Positions 63,563 through 64,000 of a DNA stretch of 64,000 bases are shown one piece after another. The stretch covers positions 90,938,065 through 91,002,064 of the forward strand of contig NC_090385.1 in NCBI RefSeq assembly GCF_036365525.1, given 5' to 3'. A program made the position numbers and the translations under genes. This DNA is from Heterodontus francisci. Its lineage: Eukaryota. Within the stretch, counting starts at the first letter, position 1. Each line of letters opens with the position of its first letter. Under the pieces are notes generated by a model that was not told where the DNA came from, did no database searches, and worked only from the letters and a program-made list of their open reading frames with translations.

Positions 63563-64000
63563 TTGTTTTTTTATTCGCTGGTCAGGCCAGCATTTATTGC
63601 CCAACCCTAACTGCCCTTGAGAAAGTGGTGGTGAGCTGCCTTCTTGAACCGCTGCAGTCCATGTGGGGTAGGTACCCCCACAGAAGGGAGTTCCAGGATT
63701 TTGACCCAGCGACAGTGAAGAAACGGCGATATAGTTCCAAGTCAGGATGGTGTGTGACTTGGAGGGGAACTTGCAGGTGGTGGTGTTCCCATGCATTTGA
63801 TGCCCTTGTCCTTCTAGATGGTAGAGGTAGCGGGTTTGGAAGGTGCTGTCGAAGGAGCCTTGGTGCATTGCTGCAGTGCATCTTGTAGATGGTACACACT
63901 GCTGCCACTGTGCATCGGTGATGGAGGGAGTGAATGTTTGTAGATGGGGTGCCAATCAAGTGGGCTGCTTTGTCCTAGATAGAGTCGAGCTTCTTGAGTG
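63563..64000 (-). mobile_element. L2/CR1-superclade LINE 3' end (same family as 9796-11235)
   Basis: NIHSLHHRCTVAAVCTIYKMHCS, near-identical to the 10850-11200 region. Confidence 0.9.

Overview
Eukaryotic genomic DNA, most likely from a shark or other cartilaginous fish (HE1-type V-SINEs, a SacSINE-like DeuSINE, abundant CR1 LINEs). There is one assembly gap (50863-51015). The only host gene I can support is the 3' end of an SLC6A14-like (ATB0,+) amino acid transporter on the + strand: a penultimate coding exon at 15779-15949 and the last coding exon at 24536-24673. Most of the rest is nested transposable elements. These are many CR1 LINEs (one near full length with ORF1 esterase), L2-like and RTE fragments, two decayed two-gene PIF/Harbinger transposons with a family of matching MITEs, a hAT MITE with a perfect 8-bp TSD, several solo LTRs, a decayed conventional Gypsy element, and three Gmr1-like (SCAN-gag, PR-IN order) LTR elements. 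Two of the Gmr1-like elements are nested in each other and share the same RT-less internal structure. I see no convincing wholly new biological system. The best leads are the RT-less Gmr1-like lineage, a last intron that is about 95% one Harbinger element, a possible C-terminal PDZ ligand on the transporter, degenerate tandem Penelope-type hammerhead motifs, and an LTR with GATA-containing tandem repeats near the gene's 3' end. TE boundaries were read by eye and are approximate unless a TSD is quoted.
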